From contig OX597817.1 of assembly GCA_951406725.2 (NCBI GenBank), positions 15,624,001-15,688,000 of the forward strand: a stretch of DNA of 64,000 nucleotides, in the 5' to 3' direction. Below, piece by piece: positions 37,191 through 53,224 of the stretch; position 1 is the stretch's first letter, and each line of letters opens with the position of its first letter. The DNA is from Octopus vulgaris. Lineage: Eukaryota. A program made the translations under genes and the position numbers. The notes under the pieces are model-generated. The model ran no database searches. It was not told the DNA's origin and saw nothing but the letters and a program-made list of their open reading frames with translations.

Positions 37191-37633
37191 GAGTGAGCGA
37201 GCAGAGCATGCCATCAAAGTGACACTGGGGTAAAATATACGAAGCCCAGTATACCCATCATGACTACCCGTCTGATAAGGGTACACCAGGCACATGCATC
37301 ACAACCATATGTGCGCGACATGGTGATCTCATATTAAGATAAACAGCACATGACCTTGCAGGTGGAGCCCAGTTAGAATTTTCTTCAGATCGAGTAACCC
37401 ATCCCGCTCAAAAGGTCCCTGAATAAGGGTTGTTTAAGGACGTTGAACGAAACACCCATGTTTCCAGAGGTGAATTATTCAAACCCCAAAGAATCCTTCT
37501 CAACACATGGCTATGATGCTCCCCCACTACTTCTGCTCGTGATCAGAGATGCACATATCGTCAGCCACTAAGGGACATGCTCAACTGGTTAAGGTCAAAC
37601 AACTGACAAGCAAATCTGTGGTATTGAGCAGAA

Positions 37634-37637
<4 letters not shown>
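37191..37637 (-). mobile_element. 5'-truncated copy (distinct subfamily) of the (TAA)n-flanked element
   Basis: Absent from duplication copy 1; (TTA)n on both sides. Confidence 0.8.
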
Positions 37638-37685
<48 letters not shown>

Positions 37686-37706
37686 GTTGTTGTTGTTGTT
37701 GTTGTT

Positions 37707-38489
37707 GAGTGAAAGAGTATGCCATCAAAGTGATACGAAGCCCAACATACCCATCATGATTACCCGTCTGATAAGGGTATACCTATTTCTTTACTACCCA
37801 CAAGGGGCTAAACACAGAGGGGACAAACAAGGACAGACATAGGTATTAAGCCGATTACATCGACCCCAGTGCGTAACTGGTACTTATTTAATCGACCCCG
37901 AAAGGATGAAAGACAAAGTCGACCTCGGCGGAATTTGAACCCAGAACGTAACGGCAGACGAAATACGGCTACGAATTTCGCCCGGCGTGCTAACGATTCT
38001 GCCAGCTCGCCGCCTTGATAAGGGTATACCTGGCTAATACATCACAGCCACATGTGCGCGACATAGTAATGTCATATCAAAATAGACAGCGCATGACCTT
38101 ATAGGTGGGGCCCAGTTAGAACTTGCTTCAGGTTGAGTAATCCATCCCGCTCAAAATGTCCCTGAATAAGAATTGTTTAAAGATGCTGAAGGAAACACTT
38201 ATGTTTCCAAAGGTAAATTATCCAAACTACCCAAAGAATCCCTCTCAACACATGACTATCATGCTCTCCCACTACTTCTACTCGTGATCAGAGATGCACA
38301 TATCGTTAGCCACTAAGGGACATGCTCAACTGGTTAAAGTCAAGCAACTGACACGCAAATCTGTGGTACTGAGCAGAATATTTGCTGTAGCCCATCTTTT
38401 ATACCAAGACAAAACAATGTACGTGATAACATTTCCAATTAGTTAAGATCAGAAGCCATGAGGGCCACTGCCTGGTACTGCATCAGGGC

Positions 38490-38491
<2 letters not shown>
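37707..38491 (-). mobile_element. (TAA)n-flanked element with nested SINE M (37785-38015)
   Basis: Duplicate of 29199-29983. Confidence 0.8.
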
Positions 38492-38555
<64 letters not shown>

Positions 38556-38568
38556 CATCATTATTATT

Positions 38569-38601
<33 letters not shown>

Positions 38602-38602
38602 A

Positions 38603-38674
<72 letters not shown>

Positions 38675-39267
38675 GACAAATGAGTTTCATCTCTTGCAAC
38701 ACCTCCGTGTTGCAGAGGTGTGTGCTGCATCGTGTGTTCCTGCTTCTTTTTTTTGGTGGGTGGGTGGGGAGTGCAAACTCTTCTCGGTATTATATTTCAT
38801 CAGTATGTTTTGTTATGGGGTTTGGCTCCATGGACTAAACAGAACAGGAGGACATACGTGGATTGGAAGAGGTCACGGATGTGCGACGAAAGATTTCGAG
38901 GTAATGGACATAAGACAAAATAAGAACAATAATAAACGAATGAACGACGAATATATAGTGCGTGTGTTTATTTGATAAGAAAAATGACCATCCCGAATTA
39001 TAACAATAAATTAACACCATTTCTGATATAATAATTAACAATAACAATTTAGCTAATGAGACAAAACACAAACACTATATTTAGATATAAATTTTACACT
39101 TGTTTTTGTAAATACGTATACAATATTTTAAATTCTCCCATTATATTGTAATCAGCCCAATTTATCGTAAATTATCTGAAAAAATAATTCTTTTAAAGCG
39201 ATAAAAATACATATCTAAGTAAAATATACATAATTGTAGTAAAATAATTCAGTATTTAAAATAATTT

Positions 39268-39731
<464 letters not shown>

Positions 39732-39927
39732 TGTAATGAATTGGCCCTAGTGATAAAGGAAATAGAATACGAAAAATATCTAAATAACAAAAATAAACAC
39801 GAATCCACTTTCGGCTTCCATAGTGTGAGGATGGAGAAAAAACAAGTCTTCCGTAATCTGGCCATTCATCGTTACTGCTTAGATTTCTACCATCTCTCTC
39901 TCTCTCTCTCTCCTATTTCCTTTTGAT

Positions 39928-40311
39928 GGAAGCACTCCGTCGGTTACGACGATGAGGGTTCCGGTTGATCCGAATCAACGGAACAGCCTGCTCGTGAAAT
40001 TAACGTGTAAGTAGCTGAGCACTCCACAGACACGTGTACCTTTAACGTAGTTCTCGGGGATATTCAGCGTGACACAGAGAGTGACAAGGCCCGCCCTTTG
40101 AAATACAGGTACAACAGAAACAGGAAGTAAGAGTGAGAGAAAGTTGTGGTGAAAGAGTACAGCAGGGATCACCACCATCCCCTGCCGGAGCCTCGTGGAG
40201 CTTTAGGTGTTTTCGCTCAATAAACACTCACAACGCCCGGTCTGGGAATCGAAACCGCGATCCTACGACCGCGAGTCCGCTGCCCTAACCACTGGGTCAT
40301 TGCGCCTCCAC
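39928..40311 (-). mobile_element. SINE family T
   Basis: Duplicate of 31450-31824. Confidence 0.92.
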
Positions 40312-40763
40312 ATTTCTACCATCACTTCTGCAATGACCCATACAAGGTCAAGTCTTAAACGTAGCTATTTATGGTCCACAACCAGAACTACAACTGTTAT
40401 CATCATTATAAGCTGTGACGATAGAAACTAATTGTTGCAGCAACAATAACAGCAAAATTACATAAACATAACGACCAACCAGCACATTAAAATCTGTCAC
40501 GGTAGAAGCAGTAAATATCACGACCAACCTGTCAAAAAAATAATAATAAATGGGAAACAGATTTCTCTCAAATCACATCCTAACGTCGTAAGCGCGGAAA
40601 CATTCGTGGGTGACTATAATGCTATATTAACTGTCTAAAAGTACGAAATAGTCTTGCTGGAAGGCATTTCAACATAGATCAACACAATCACAAAGGTGTC
40701 AATATATTCTCACTTTACACAGCTGTTTCTATTCGTAAGTCATACCTATCATCACTTTCATAA

Positions 40764-42904
40764 CACAATGTAACTCATGTTTTGTTTATTTGTATTTTTT
40801 AATGTTCATACTATATACATTTTTTTGCTACTAAATTCATAAATCCCATTCATTTTGATAGTTATTTATTTATTCCTAATTTCATATTTGCTCGTTATAT
40901 TTGTAACTTTTCTCTACAGCACTTTGTTGGTGCAATCTATTCTAGAATTGTAAGGATAATTACACAACACTTAGTACATTTTCATATATTGAAAGGTATT
41001 TAGGAAGTATAATATTAGTCATAACAAAAAGAAACAATAAAACTCTGCACTGTAAATGCCTTGATAACTCTTTTCTTAAGATGAGAAGTGCTTTGACGAT
41101 CGAGATTTTCTGGAGTGTATACCTTAATCTCTTCTGACTAGAGACCATATATAATCTCCCATCATAGCAGTATCCCATCGTCCTTGGTATCTTCTCTCCA
41201 TAGTTGCGATGTCCTGATGAAATCTTTCACCAAGCTCCTTACTGACATCACCCAAGTTTTCGGGGAAAAATCTAGGTGAGAGTGCAAAAAATGAACCTTT
41301 AAAGACATACGACAACCCATTTTCTTGAAGCTTTGATACCAGCTGTTTGTAATTAGGATCCTTGTGATTTCCTAGAAATCCACAAACTACATCCCGAAAT
41401 GCACACCAAGCTTCTTTTTCAACTTTTGTCATCGCTCTTTCCAGTTTCTTCGACATTAACATTGCATTTACTTGAGGCCCAACAAATATGCCACCCTTGA
41501 TCTTAGCCTCAGATAGCTTCTCCGCAAAATCTAAGGCCTTCACAAACTGTTTTACTAATTCGAGTTTGTTATGAAGTGGGGTTAATAAGATTTTATTGGA
41601 ATCTACTTGTGGCTGTTTGAGAACATTTAACATTCCTGGCTGCAGTTCCACTCGTGGGGGCCAATGTACTCTCTTGTAATGATGATCCTCAGCTCTGCTG
41701 TTCCATAAGCAAAGGACACATGAATACTTTGTGTATCTCACTTGCAAGCCAAGCAAGAAGGCAAGCATCTTGAAATCACCACAAACATCCCACTTGAACT
41801 CAGCGCAATTTATTTTGTCGAGAAGTTCTTTGACATTGGAGTGTGCAAGAGGCAAAGAAGGATATTTATTTCCATTGTGGAGCAACACTACTTTGAGACT
41901 TCGTGTTCAGCTATCAATGAACAGTTGCCATTCTGCAGAATCATGCTTGAGTCCAATAGCAGTAAACAAACCAATCGCATCTTTACAATAACACAGATCA
42001 TTAATATTTTCATAGTAAATTTCAAATTCTTCATGGCGTTTCCAGTACAGAGATGTCTTTCAGTCTTCCCCCAGTAGATTCCATTCCTTCAACCTTGATG
42101 GAAGAAGTTCAGCTCCGGACTTAGTAAGACCTAGATCCCTGATTAAATCATCTAGCTCACTCTGATTTGGAAAGTGAGGCTCCGAAGTCGTTCATGGTAC
42201 GAAAGCTTCCTCCATTTCTTGGTTGCTGCTACTTGTTGACTCTTCAGATGAAATATTTTCTGGTGGTAGTGATACTCATAAACTGTCATCATGTGGGACA
42301 GGTGCTCTAGCTGATGGTATGTCTGGATACTGAAGAGCTTGTCTTCTTTTCACTTTTCTGTACTTTGTCACATCGACAATTCAAAAGTAACAGTCATCAT
42401 GATGGTTCTTTGGCTCTCTCCATACCCTTGGAATGGCAAAAGGCATTGACCTTCCTGTACATCTTAACCATCCTTCTAGAGTAGATCGACAGTTTCCATA
42501 TATCACATGTGGGGCCCATGGTTTGTCCTAGTCACCCATGGGCATTCTGAAATAGTCTGTACGCTATCCACAATTTGGCATCTTCACGGTCTTATGTAAT
42601 ACCTGCTTTTTTTTCCAATATAATAACCACATACATAGCAAAATGTATCTGGAAGATACTCTAGTAGCCATCCTGAAAGTAGCAGAACTTAGTAATTGGT
42701 CTGAAAGAGAAAATTAGACAAACATTTAGTAGCGTAACATTATAACAATACCGAATACATAATAATAGTGAAAGTCGACATATTTTCTTAACTGCTGAAG
42801 ATACACAAAAAATAATTTCATTTTTGGAATCAGCAGAAAAAATGGATTGATAAACAATAAAAAAATACAAAAATAAATTGTTTTTTGAAAATTGTTACGC
42901 TGTG
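40764..42904 (-). mobile_element. full-length Chapaev3-like (CMC) DNA transposon, transposase disrupted
   Basis: Imperfect TIRs CACAATGTAAC/CACAGCGTAAC, 3-bp TSD TAA; FCYVCG..KPWAPH zinc finger, CGDFKMLAFLLGLQ..CVLCLW, PLHNKL, GERFHQDI; coding ~41124-42671. Confidence 0.8.
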
Positions 42905-43061
42905 TAATTTTTTCATTATTTAAAATCCCTCAACAAAAAGAGTATTAGCAAATATTTCTTCCTCCCAGTCACTAGTGTTTACATATTAATGCATTCTTAG
43001 GGCAAATTCAGGGGGTTTTCATGTTTTTTTTTTAAACAACTATAGAAACCTTTCTATAGAA

Positions 43062-45716
43062 AAAAATCTTATCTGTAGAAAACTGTCGATTCACAATTGA
43101 TAATGTTTTATAAAAATCTTATCTGTAGAAAACTGTCGATTCACAATTGATAATGTTTTATAAAAATCTTATCTGTAGAAAACTGTCGATTCACAATTGA
43201 TAATGTTTTATAAAAATCTTATCTGTAGAAAACTGTCGATTCACAATTGATAATGTTTTATAAAAATCTTATCTGTAGAAAACTGTCGATTCACAATTGA
43301 TAATGTTTTATAAAAATCTTATCTTATCTGTAGAAAACTGTCGATTCACAATTGATAATGTTTTATAAAAATCTTATCTGTAGAAAACTGTCGATTCACA
43401 ATTGATAATGTTTTATAAAAATCTTATCTGTAATAAACTGTCGATTCACAATTGATAATGTTTTATAAAAATCTTATCTGTAATAAACTGTCGATTCGCA
43501 ATTGATAATGTTTTATAAAAATCTTATCTGTAGAAAACTGTCGATTCACAATTGATAATGTTTTATAAAAATCTTATCTGTAATAAACTGTCGATTCGCA
43601 ATTGATAATGTTTTATAAAAATCTTATCTGTAGAAAACTGTCGATTCACAATTGATAATGTTTTATAAAAATCTTATCTGTAATAAACTGTCGATTCGCA
43701 ATTGATAATGTTTTATAAAAATCTTATCTGTAGAAAACTGTCGATTCACAATTGATAATGTTTTATAAAAATCTTATCTGTAGAAAACTGTCGATTCACA
43801 ATTGATAATGTTTTATAAAAATCTTATCTGTAGAAAACTGTCGATTCACAATTGATAATGTTTTATAAAAATCTTATCTGTAATAAACTGTCGATTCGCA
43901 ATTGATAATGTTTTATAAAAATCTTATCTGTAGAAAACTGTCGATTCACAATTGATAATGTTTTATAAAAATCTTATCTGTAATAAACTGTCGATTCGCA
44001 ATTGATAATGTTTTATAAAAATCTTATCTGTAGAAAACTGTCGATTCACAATTGATAATGTTTTATAAAAATCTTATCTGTAATAAACTGTCGATTCGCA
44101 ATTGATAATGTTTTATAAAAATCTTATCTGTAGAAAACTGTCGATTCACAATTGATAATGTTTTATAAAAATCTTATCTGTAATAAACTGTCGATTCGCA
44201 ATTGATAATGTTTTATAAAAATCTTATCTGTAGAAAACTGTCGATTCACAATTGATAATGTTTTATAAAAATCTTATCTGTAATAAACTGTCGATTCACA
44301 ATTGATAATGTTTTATAAAAATCTTATCTGTAATAAACTGTCGATTCGCAATTGATAATGTTTTATAAAAATCTTATCTGTAGAAAACTGTCGATTCACA
44401 ATTGATAATGTTTTATAAAAATCTTATCTGTAATAAACTGTCGATTCGCAATTGATAATGTTTTATAAAAATCTTATCTGTAGAAAACTGTCGATTCACA
44501 ATTGATAATGTTTTATAAAAATCTTATCTGTAATAAACTGTCGATTCGCAATTGATAATGTTTTATAAAAATCTTATCTGTAGAAAACTGTCGATTCACA
44601 ATTGATAATGTTTTATAAAAATCTTATCTGTAGAAAACTGTCGATTCACAATTGATAATGTTTTATAAAAATCTTATCTGTAGAAAACTGTCGATTCGCA
44701 ATTGATAATGTTTTATAAAAATCTTATCTGTAGAAAACTGTCGATTCACAATTGATAATGTTTTATAAAAATCTTATCTGTAATAAACTGTCGATTCGCA
44801 ATTGATAATGTTTTATAAAAATCTTATCTGTAGAAAACTGTCGATTCACAATTGATAATGTTTTATAAAAATCTTATCTGTAGAAAACTGTCGATTCACA
44901 ATTGATAATGTTTTATAAAAATCTTATCTGTAGAAAACTGTCGATTCACAATTGATAATGTTTTATAAAAATCTTATCTGTAATAAACTGTCGATTCGCA
45001 ATTGATAATGTTTTATAAAAATCTTATCTGTAGAAAACTGTCGATTCTCAATTGATAATGTTTTATAAAAATCTTATCTGTAGAAAACTGTCGATTCACA
45101 ATTGATAATGTTTTATAAAAATCTTATCTGTAGAAAACTGTCGATTCACAATTGATAATGTTTTATAAAAATCTTATCTGTAGAAAACTGTCGATTCACA
45201 ATTGATAATGTTTTATAAAAATCTTATCTGTAATAAACTGTCGATTCACAATTGATAATGTTTTATAAAAATCTTATCTGTAGAAAACTGTCGATTCACA
45301 ATTGATAATGTTTTATAAAAATCTTATCTGTAATAAACTGTCGATTCGCAATTGATAATGTTTTATAAAAATCTTATCTGTAATAAACTGTCGATTCGCA
45401 ATTGATAATGTTTTATAAAAATCTTATCTGTAGAAAACTGTCGATTCACAATTGATAATGTTTTATAAAAATCTTATCTGTAATAAACTGTCGATTCACA
45501 ATTGATAATGTTTTATAAAAATCTTATCAGTAGAAAACTGTCGATTCACAATTGATAATGTTTTATAAAAATCTTATCTGTAATAAACTGTCGATTCGCA
45601 ATTGATAATGTTTTATAAAAATCTTATCTGTAGAAAACTGTCGATTCACAATTGATAATGTTTTATAAAAATCTTATCTGTAATAAACTGTCGATTCGCA
45701 ATTGATAATGTTTTAT
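43062..45716. repeat. 50-bp tandem satellite, ~53 copies
   Basis: Unit AAAATCTTATCTGTAGAAAACTGTCGATTCACAATTGATAATGTTTTATA. Confidence 0.98.
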
Positions 45717-45947
45717 ACACATTTTACCAATTTATTTATAAAAAATATTTCTATGCTGCTATGTGGGACTAAGTGTTTTCAGAGTGACTCGAACAGACTC
45801 AATTGGTGTGTATATAAGTAAGTTTTAAAACCATATTATTTATTTTCTGACCACACAAGCATACATCTGATATGCTCGCACACGCAAATACTAAAAGCAT
45901 GCATATACATATATGTATGTGTGTGTGTGTGTATATATATATAAGGT

Positions 45948-46271
45948 AAAGACCCCCTTCGGTCAGGCACTGACCATGGGTTTGCACCTAGAGAGATACC
46001 CTCTGAGGCACAAGTCTGGGCAATGTTGTTTTATGGAAGACCAGCAGTCGCCCATGCATACCGGCCTCCCCTCTCCACGTCACCGATGTTGTCCAAGGGA
46101 AAGGCAAGGGCCGATACAGCTTGGCACCTGTGACGTCGCAACTCATTTCTACAGCTGAGTGAACTGGAGCAACGTGAAATAAAGTGCCTTGCTCAAGAAC
46201 ACAACACGCAGCCCCGTCCGGGATTCGAGCTCACAACCTCACGATCGTAAGCTCGACGCTCTAACCACTGA
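45948..46271 (-). mobile_element. tRNA/CORE-like SINE family K
   Basis: CAGTGGTTAGAGCG..GAGCTCGAATCCC..CTTGAGCAAGGCACTTTATTTCAC; homologue at 51258. Confidence 0.85.
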
Positions 46272-46284
46272 TATATATATATGC

Positions 46285-47490
<1,206 letters not shown>

Positions 47491-48324
47491 GTAGCACTGT
47501 CCTCTGAATCCCTTTCCTTTGCCCCATCTCTTCAGTTTTGTCTTTTCTGTGTTTCAGCTCAAACTAGTTTCGGATCATTGAAAATGCTGGGAGCAGTGTC
47601 GTTGTGAGAAGTAATTGATATTGATTACCCAAAGCCGATAACCGGAAAAGAAAAAAAAACTGTACGTACAAATCTTTTAAGAAAACATATGCCAGCCTGT
47701 GAAGAGGAGGACTGAATAATTTTTCTTAACTTTCTCAGTTTTCTGTCAAGTAAACACTAATCGTTGCACACGAATGAATAATGGATCAATTTTCTCATAA
47801 AAAAGAAAAACAAAAAGCCTACTGTAATGCAAGCTCGTTGGATTATAACGTAAGCGGAGGCCACTTCGGGAAAGAAAGCTTTCCATCGGATGAAACTGAA
47901 CATTTATATCTTTCCCACCGTTTGCTTTGTTTTACTCTTATTACCTTAGAAAATACCATACACCATCTTGGACAGAGTTAAACAAACAACTAGATGCTGA
48001 GATTCAATAACTTTAGTCGTGAGTAATTTTATTTCAACGAAATTTAATTTGTCTTATTTTAACCTCTAAAAAATACGATAGATATTTTCATATTTTGCAG
48101 AACAAAATATATATGAATTAATTATTCTATTTTACAAAAAAAAAAAAAAAAAAAAAATGAATCAATTTCTTTTATTTTACCTCACACAACTTCTAAGAAA
48201 TTACTAAATTTTTCCTCAAATCACATCACCCCATCTTCAAATCTACAAAAACAATCATACACAACAACAAAAAATCTAATGTGCTATTAAAATATGGTCG
48301 CACAAATAATAATGATAATAATGA

Positions 48325-48526
48325 TTTCAAATTATTGCTACAAGGGCAGCTTGGGGATCAAGTCGATTACATGACCCAAAATGCATAACTGTTACTTATT
48401 TAATTGATCCCAAAAGGATGAGAGGCAAAGTCGACCTCGGCGGAATTTGAACTCAGAACGTAGCGACAGGCGAAATACCACTAAACATTTCGCCCGGCGC
48501 ACAAACAATTCTGCCAGCTCACCGCC

Positions 48527-48528
<2 letters not shown>
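48325..48528 (-). mobile_element. older SINE family M copy
   Basis: GGCAAAGTCGACCTCGGCGGAATTTGAACTCAG core. Confidence 0.8.
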
Positions 48529-48602
<74 letters not shown>

Positions 48603-48914
48603 TGATGACGATGATGATGATGATAATGTATTAACTAGTACGTCACACGTATCGCAAAGAGCATTGTCGCTATGAATTTTCTCTCCTTTATTTTATATTT
48701 TATATTTTATATATTTTATATATTTTCCTTTTTTTCTCTGTCTTTCTTCCTCTTTTTTCTTGTCACGTAACTTTGTAAATGAACAATCTGGTGTGATTAT
48801 TTTAATGGCCTACAAATGTATGCAGTGCGTTTCTCTGCCCTAGGTGTCAGGAAGGCACTCGGTAACAAAAAAAAGAAAGAAAAAGAACTGAAAGAAGACG
48901 ATAATGAAAGTGAT

Positions 48915-49205
<291 letters not shown>

Positions 49206-49339
49206 TAATGGAACCCTTAAAGCAAAAGAACGACGGACGGATAATCATAAATTCTATAAAATAGCTGATTTAGGAGTCACACACACACATACACACACTA
49301 CTATGCATCATCCTTCCTAAAACATACAAAAATAAATAC

Positions 49340-49945
49340 ATACGGATGTTAACACTTTGGCTTAAAGTGATTGAGCAGAGATTAGTTGATCAAGGCTAAT
49401 GCTATTAGAAGGAAATGGATGACAGAATTGGAAGGAGAAGAGGTCGTAAGAGAACTGGAAAAGAAACACCAGGCAGCGAGAAAGACAAATAACCTCATAA
49501 GAGCTACAGCTCAAACCAAAGAAGAACCTAAAGGAAAAAATAATAACAACGCTACCAATAAGGAAGGGACAACTGGCACCAGCGACTTTAGTGGTTTAAG
49601 TGAGGAAGATCAGAATATTTTAGATGAGTTGCAAGAAGTAATGAGTAAAGAGGTAAGAAAAATATTGCCAGCATTAAAAGGCATCAACAGAAGGAAACTA
49701 TAAGAGCTGACTAGGAAAGTAGATTCTGTTATCAATAGGATAGATACTAAAAATATAGAAGACACTAACTTATTGATCTATGTATGAGGAGTGGTAGTCA
49801 CTAGAAGATTAGATATTACACAAGGAAAGATTTTAAAAGAGCAACTGTAGAAAAGGAGAATACAGAATAAATTGAAGAATTTAAGACAAGATCTGAGTAG
49901 ACTAGAAGCCTGGAAAACAAACAAACTAGGAAACACAAGATGCAT
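49340..49945 (+). mobile_element. R4/Dong N-terminal fragment
   Basis: EQRLVDQ/ANAIRRKWMTELE..RIQNKLKNLRQDLSRL. Confidence 0.7.
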
Positions 49946-50192
49946 AGAAGGAAGAAGTGAAGGGCAGATTGCTGCCACTAATGGCAGTGGTGCAGCCAAA
50001 GAAGAGCAAGGTCAGGCCGGTACTGGACATTCGATAGCTGAATGGCCATGTATCGTACCACAATTGTCGACTTGAAGTCAGCATATCTGCAGCTTCACGT
50101 GAACAAGAAATTGTAGCAGTATCAGCTGGTGAGATATAAGGGCTAGACGTACTGTTTGACTAGGTTGGGTTTCGGGCTGAATTCTACACCGG
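49946..50192 (+). pseudogene. LTR-retrotransposon (Gypsy-like) RT fragment
   Basis: LPLMAVVQPKKSKVRPVLD..VDLKSAYLQL..YCLTRLGFGLNSTP. Confidence 0.7.
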
Positions 50193-50338
50193 GGAACAGG
50201 GCAACAGTGCTCAAATCTATCCTGGGAAAGGTGCACAAGGTAAGGAAAGAGCAAAAATTGATTCTCCAGTCTTTCCCATTGGTAATTTTGTAGTATTGCT
50301 GTTGACACAACTTAGATGCATTTTTTCTTGTAATTTCA

Positions 50339-50433
50339 GTACCTTAAACATAACATTGGTTTTCCTATAATTACGTAGTCATGTACAACCACACGAGTAT
50401 ATGAGTACGAAAATGTACGATGCAAATAATTGA

Positions 50434-50476
<43 letters not shown>

Positions 50477-50684
50477 TATACGAGTACGAAAATATACGAT
50501 ACAAATTATTGAGTGTGTATATATATATATATATGAGTATACGAGTACGAAAATAGACGATACAAATTATTGAATGTATATATATACACTCAATTATTTG
50601 TATCGTATGTTTTCGTACTCGTACACTCGTGTTGTTGCGCATGACTACGTGATTATAGGAAAATCAGTGTTTTGTTTAAGGTAC
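50339..50684. mobile_element. foldback element with ~100-bp inverted arms and internal tandem subunits
   Basis: GTACCTTAAACA../..TGTTTAAGGTAC arms. Confidence 0.75.
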
Positions 50685-50874
50685 GGAAAAAACCTATATA
50701 TATATATATACATATAATGTATGTATACACATACATACATACGCACACATACATACATGTATGTGAACAGATATAGAAGTAAACTTGATACGCACGCAAA
50801 ATAAGGCTCAATCAATACTTCAGTCGTTTAAGAGAATTTACTTTTAGAATAAAGAAAATTCACTCATTCGGAAA

Positions 50875-51184
50875 TCTTTATATATAAAAGTGAAGTTGTG
50901 TGTCTGTCTCCTACGATTTAGATTCCTAACTACTCCCACATTTTGCGGTGCAGTGTAACCAAAAGCAGGTATCTTATAGTCGTGATTCATATCGAGCCCT
51001 TCTGCGTATTAGCGCACGTCTACGATGAGTCTACGATTAGTCTACGATTTAAAAAAAAAATTACCATAATTTTTTCCCATTTTTAATGCATTTTTTTGCT
51101 ATTATATAAGGGAAGTAACTCTCTAAAAATGCTTATATAGTTATTTCCCTTACAAACCCGAGCAACGCCGGGCGATACTGCTAG
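50875..51184 (+). mobile_element. non-autonomous Helitron
   Basis: A|TC start, hairpin CCCGAGCAACGCCGGG, CTAG|T end, no TSD; second copy at 59053. Confidence 0.85.
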
Positions 51185-51257
51185 TTCAAAATAATGATTT
51201 ACAATATATTCTAAGTTTGATTTCCTGGTAAATAATTTTATAATTATTATAAATCTG

Positions 51258-51562
51258 AGACCCCCCTTCGGTTATGACTGACCATGGGATTGCACCTAGA
51301 AAGTTATCCTCCTAGGGCACAAGTCCGAGCGATGATGTTTATGGATCCGGCCTCCCCTCTCCGCGCTACCAGTGTTATCCAAGGGAAAGGCAACGGCCGA
51401 TACGGCTTGACACCTGTGACATCGCAGCTCATTTCTACAGCGGAGTGAACTGGAGCAACGTGAAATAAAGTGTCTTGCGGAAGAACACAACACGCAGGAT
51501 TCGAACTCACAACCCCACGATCGTAAGCTCGACGCTCTAACCACTGAGCCATGCGCCTTCAC
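51258..51562 (-). mobile_element. SINE family K
   Basis: TGGCTCAGTGG A box, GAGTTCGAATCC B box; TSD TTATTATAAAT. Confidence 0.88.
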
Positions 51563-51885
51563 TTATTATAAATTGTCTTTAATTAATTAAAAATGACAAC
51601 CTTAATCAAAAATATATTCATTAACAACAATGAAAATTGATTCTCAAAAGGGGTAAGTGAGAGAATTCCTAAAGTTTCAATCGACCAAAACCAAAATGTA
51701 ATTACACACTGACTAATAAATACTATTTTGTGATTACATTCCTAATAAAAATGAGTAAAATATAACTACTTAATCATCAGTGGAATATCTAAAGCTTATG
51801 CCACTTGGAGAAGCTCTTCAGTTTTCCCTCACACCTAGCCCGGGACAATACAACCTATGCAGGCTTATACAGCACACCAAAAAGT

Positions 51886-52270
51886 GGGAAGCACTCCGTC
51901 GGTTACGACGATGAGGGTTCCGGTTGATCCGAATCAACGGAACAGCCTGCTCGTGAAATTAACGTGTAAGTGGCTGAGCACTCCACAGACACGAGTACCC
52001 TTAACGTAGTTCTCGGGGATATTCAGCGTGACACAGAGAGTGACAAGGCCGGCCCCTTGAAATACAAGTACAACAGAAACAGGAAGTAAGAGTGAGAGAA
52101 AGTTGTGGTGAAAGAGTTCAGCAGGGATCACCACCATCCCCTGCCGGAGCCTCGTGGAGCTTTAGGTGTTTTCGCTCAATAAACACTCACAACGCCCGGT
52201 CTGGGAATCGAAACCGCAATCCTATGACCGCAAGTCCGCTGCCCTAACCACTGGGCCATTGCGCCTCCAC
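51886..52270 (-). mobile_element. SINE family T
   Basis: 12-bp TSD ACACCAAAAAGT. Confidence 0.92.
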
Positions 52271-52593
52271 GACACCAAAAAGTACCGCCTGCATAAAAGC
52301 GTCACCGAGGTGGATCACAGACCCCATGCCTTACCCCTAGCTATGTTACTGATAATCATGACATATGTTATTAGAAAGAATTCAGAACGTTTAACAGCCA
52401 TAAAAAGGAAAAAAGAAACTATCTTAGAAGATATTTCACCATCAAATGATAGCAATAGCAAGGCTCACCTTGTGGTATAGGCAACCCCTACCAACATTAA
52501 GGGCTTTTGCGTTCCGACAGATAATTTTTTTTCGAGAAAAACGGAATAAGTAAGACAACCACGTTTATCTATGAAAATAAGTATTCTATAAAA

Positions 52594-53012
52594 TATTTCT
52601 TTACTACCCACAAGGGGCCAAACACAGAGGGGACAAACGAGGACAGACAAACGAATTAAGTCGTTTACATCGACTCCAGTGCATAACTGGTACTTAATTT
52701 ATCGACCCTCGAAAGGATGAAAGGCAAAGTGGATTTGGTAGACGGAAACTGAAAGAAGCCTGTCGTATATATGTATGTATATATATATATGTGTGTATGT
52801 GTGTGTGTTTGTGTTTGTCCCCCTAGCATTGCTTGACAACCGATGCTGGTGTGTTTACGTCCCTGTCACCTAGCGGTTCGGCAAAAGAGACCGATAGAAT
52901 AAGTACTGGGCTTACAAAGAATAAGTCCCGGGGTCGATTTGCTCGACTAAAGGCGGTGCTCCAGCATGGCCGCAGTCAAATGACTGAAACAAGTAAAAGA
53001 GTAAAAGAGTAA
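52594..53012. mobile_element. fused SINE M (minus) and SINE S (plus) tails
   Basis: Junction GGCAAAGT|GGATTTGG near 52730. Confidence 0.85.
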
Positions 53013-53224
53013 ACGAGTACAAGGTAATGTCTGTTTATTCTTCGCGAAATATAAAAGTTGCCCAAATATTTGAAGCGCTAATTTCTACAAACTGTAGAGT
53101 TAATCTTGCGTCAGCCAAATTATGTTGATCCCGGTATCTTCTGACATTAGTTGTGTTTTGTTAAAGAAATAGAACGCGGAATAAGAAAAGCGGTTTTAAT
53201 TTCCAATTAGAAATAACTACAAAA

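Noticed and set aside
43062-45716. CRISPR-like array
   Set aside because: Contiguous repeats with no unique spacers, no cas genes, eukaryotic context.
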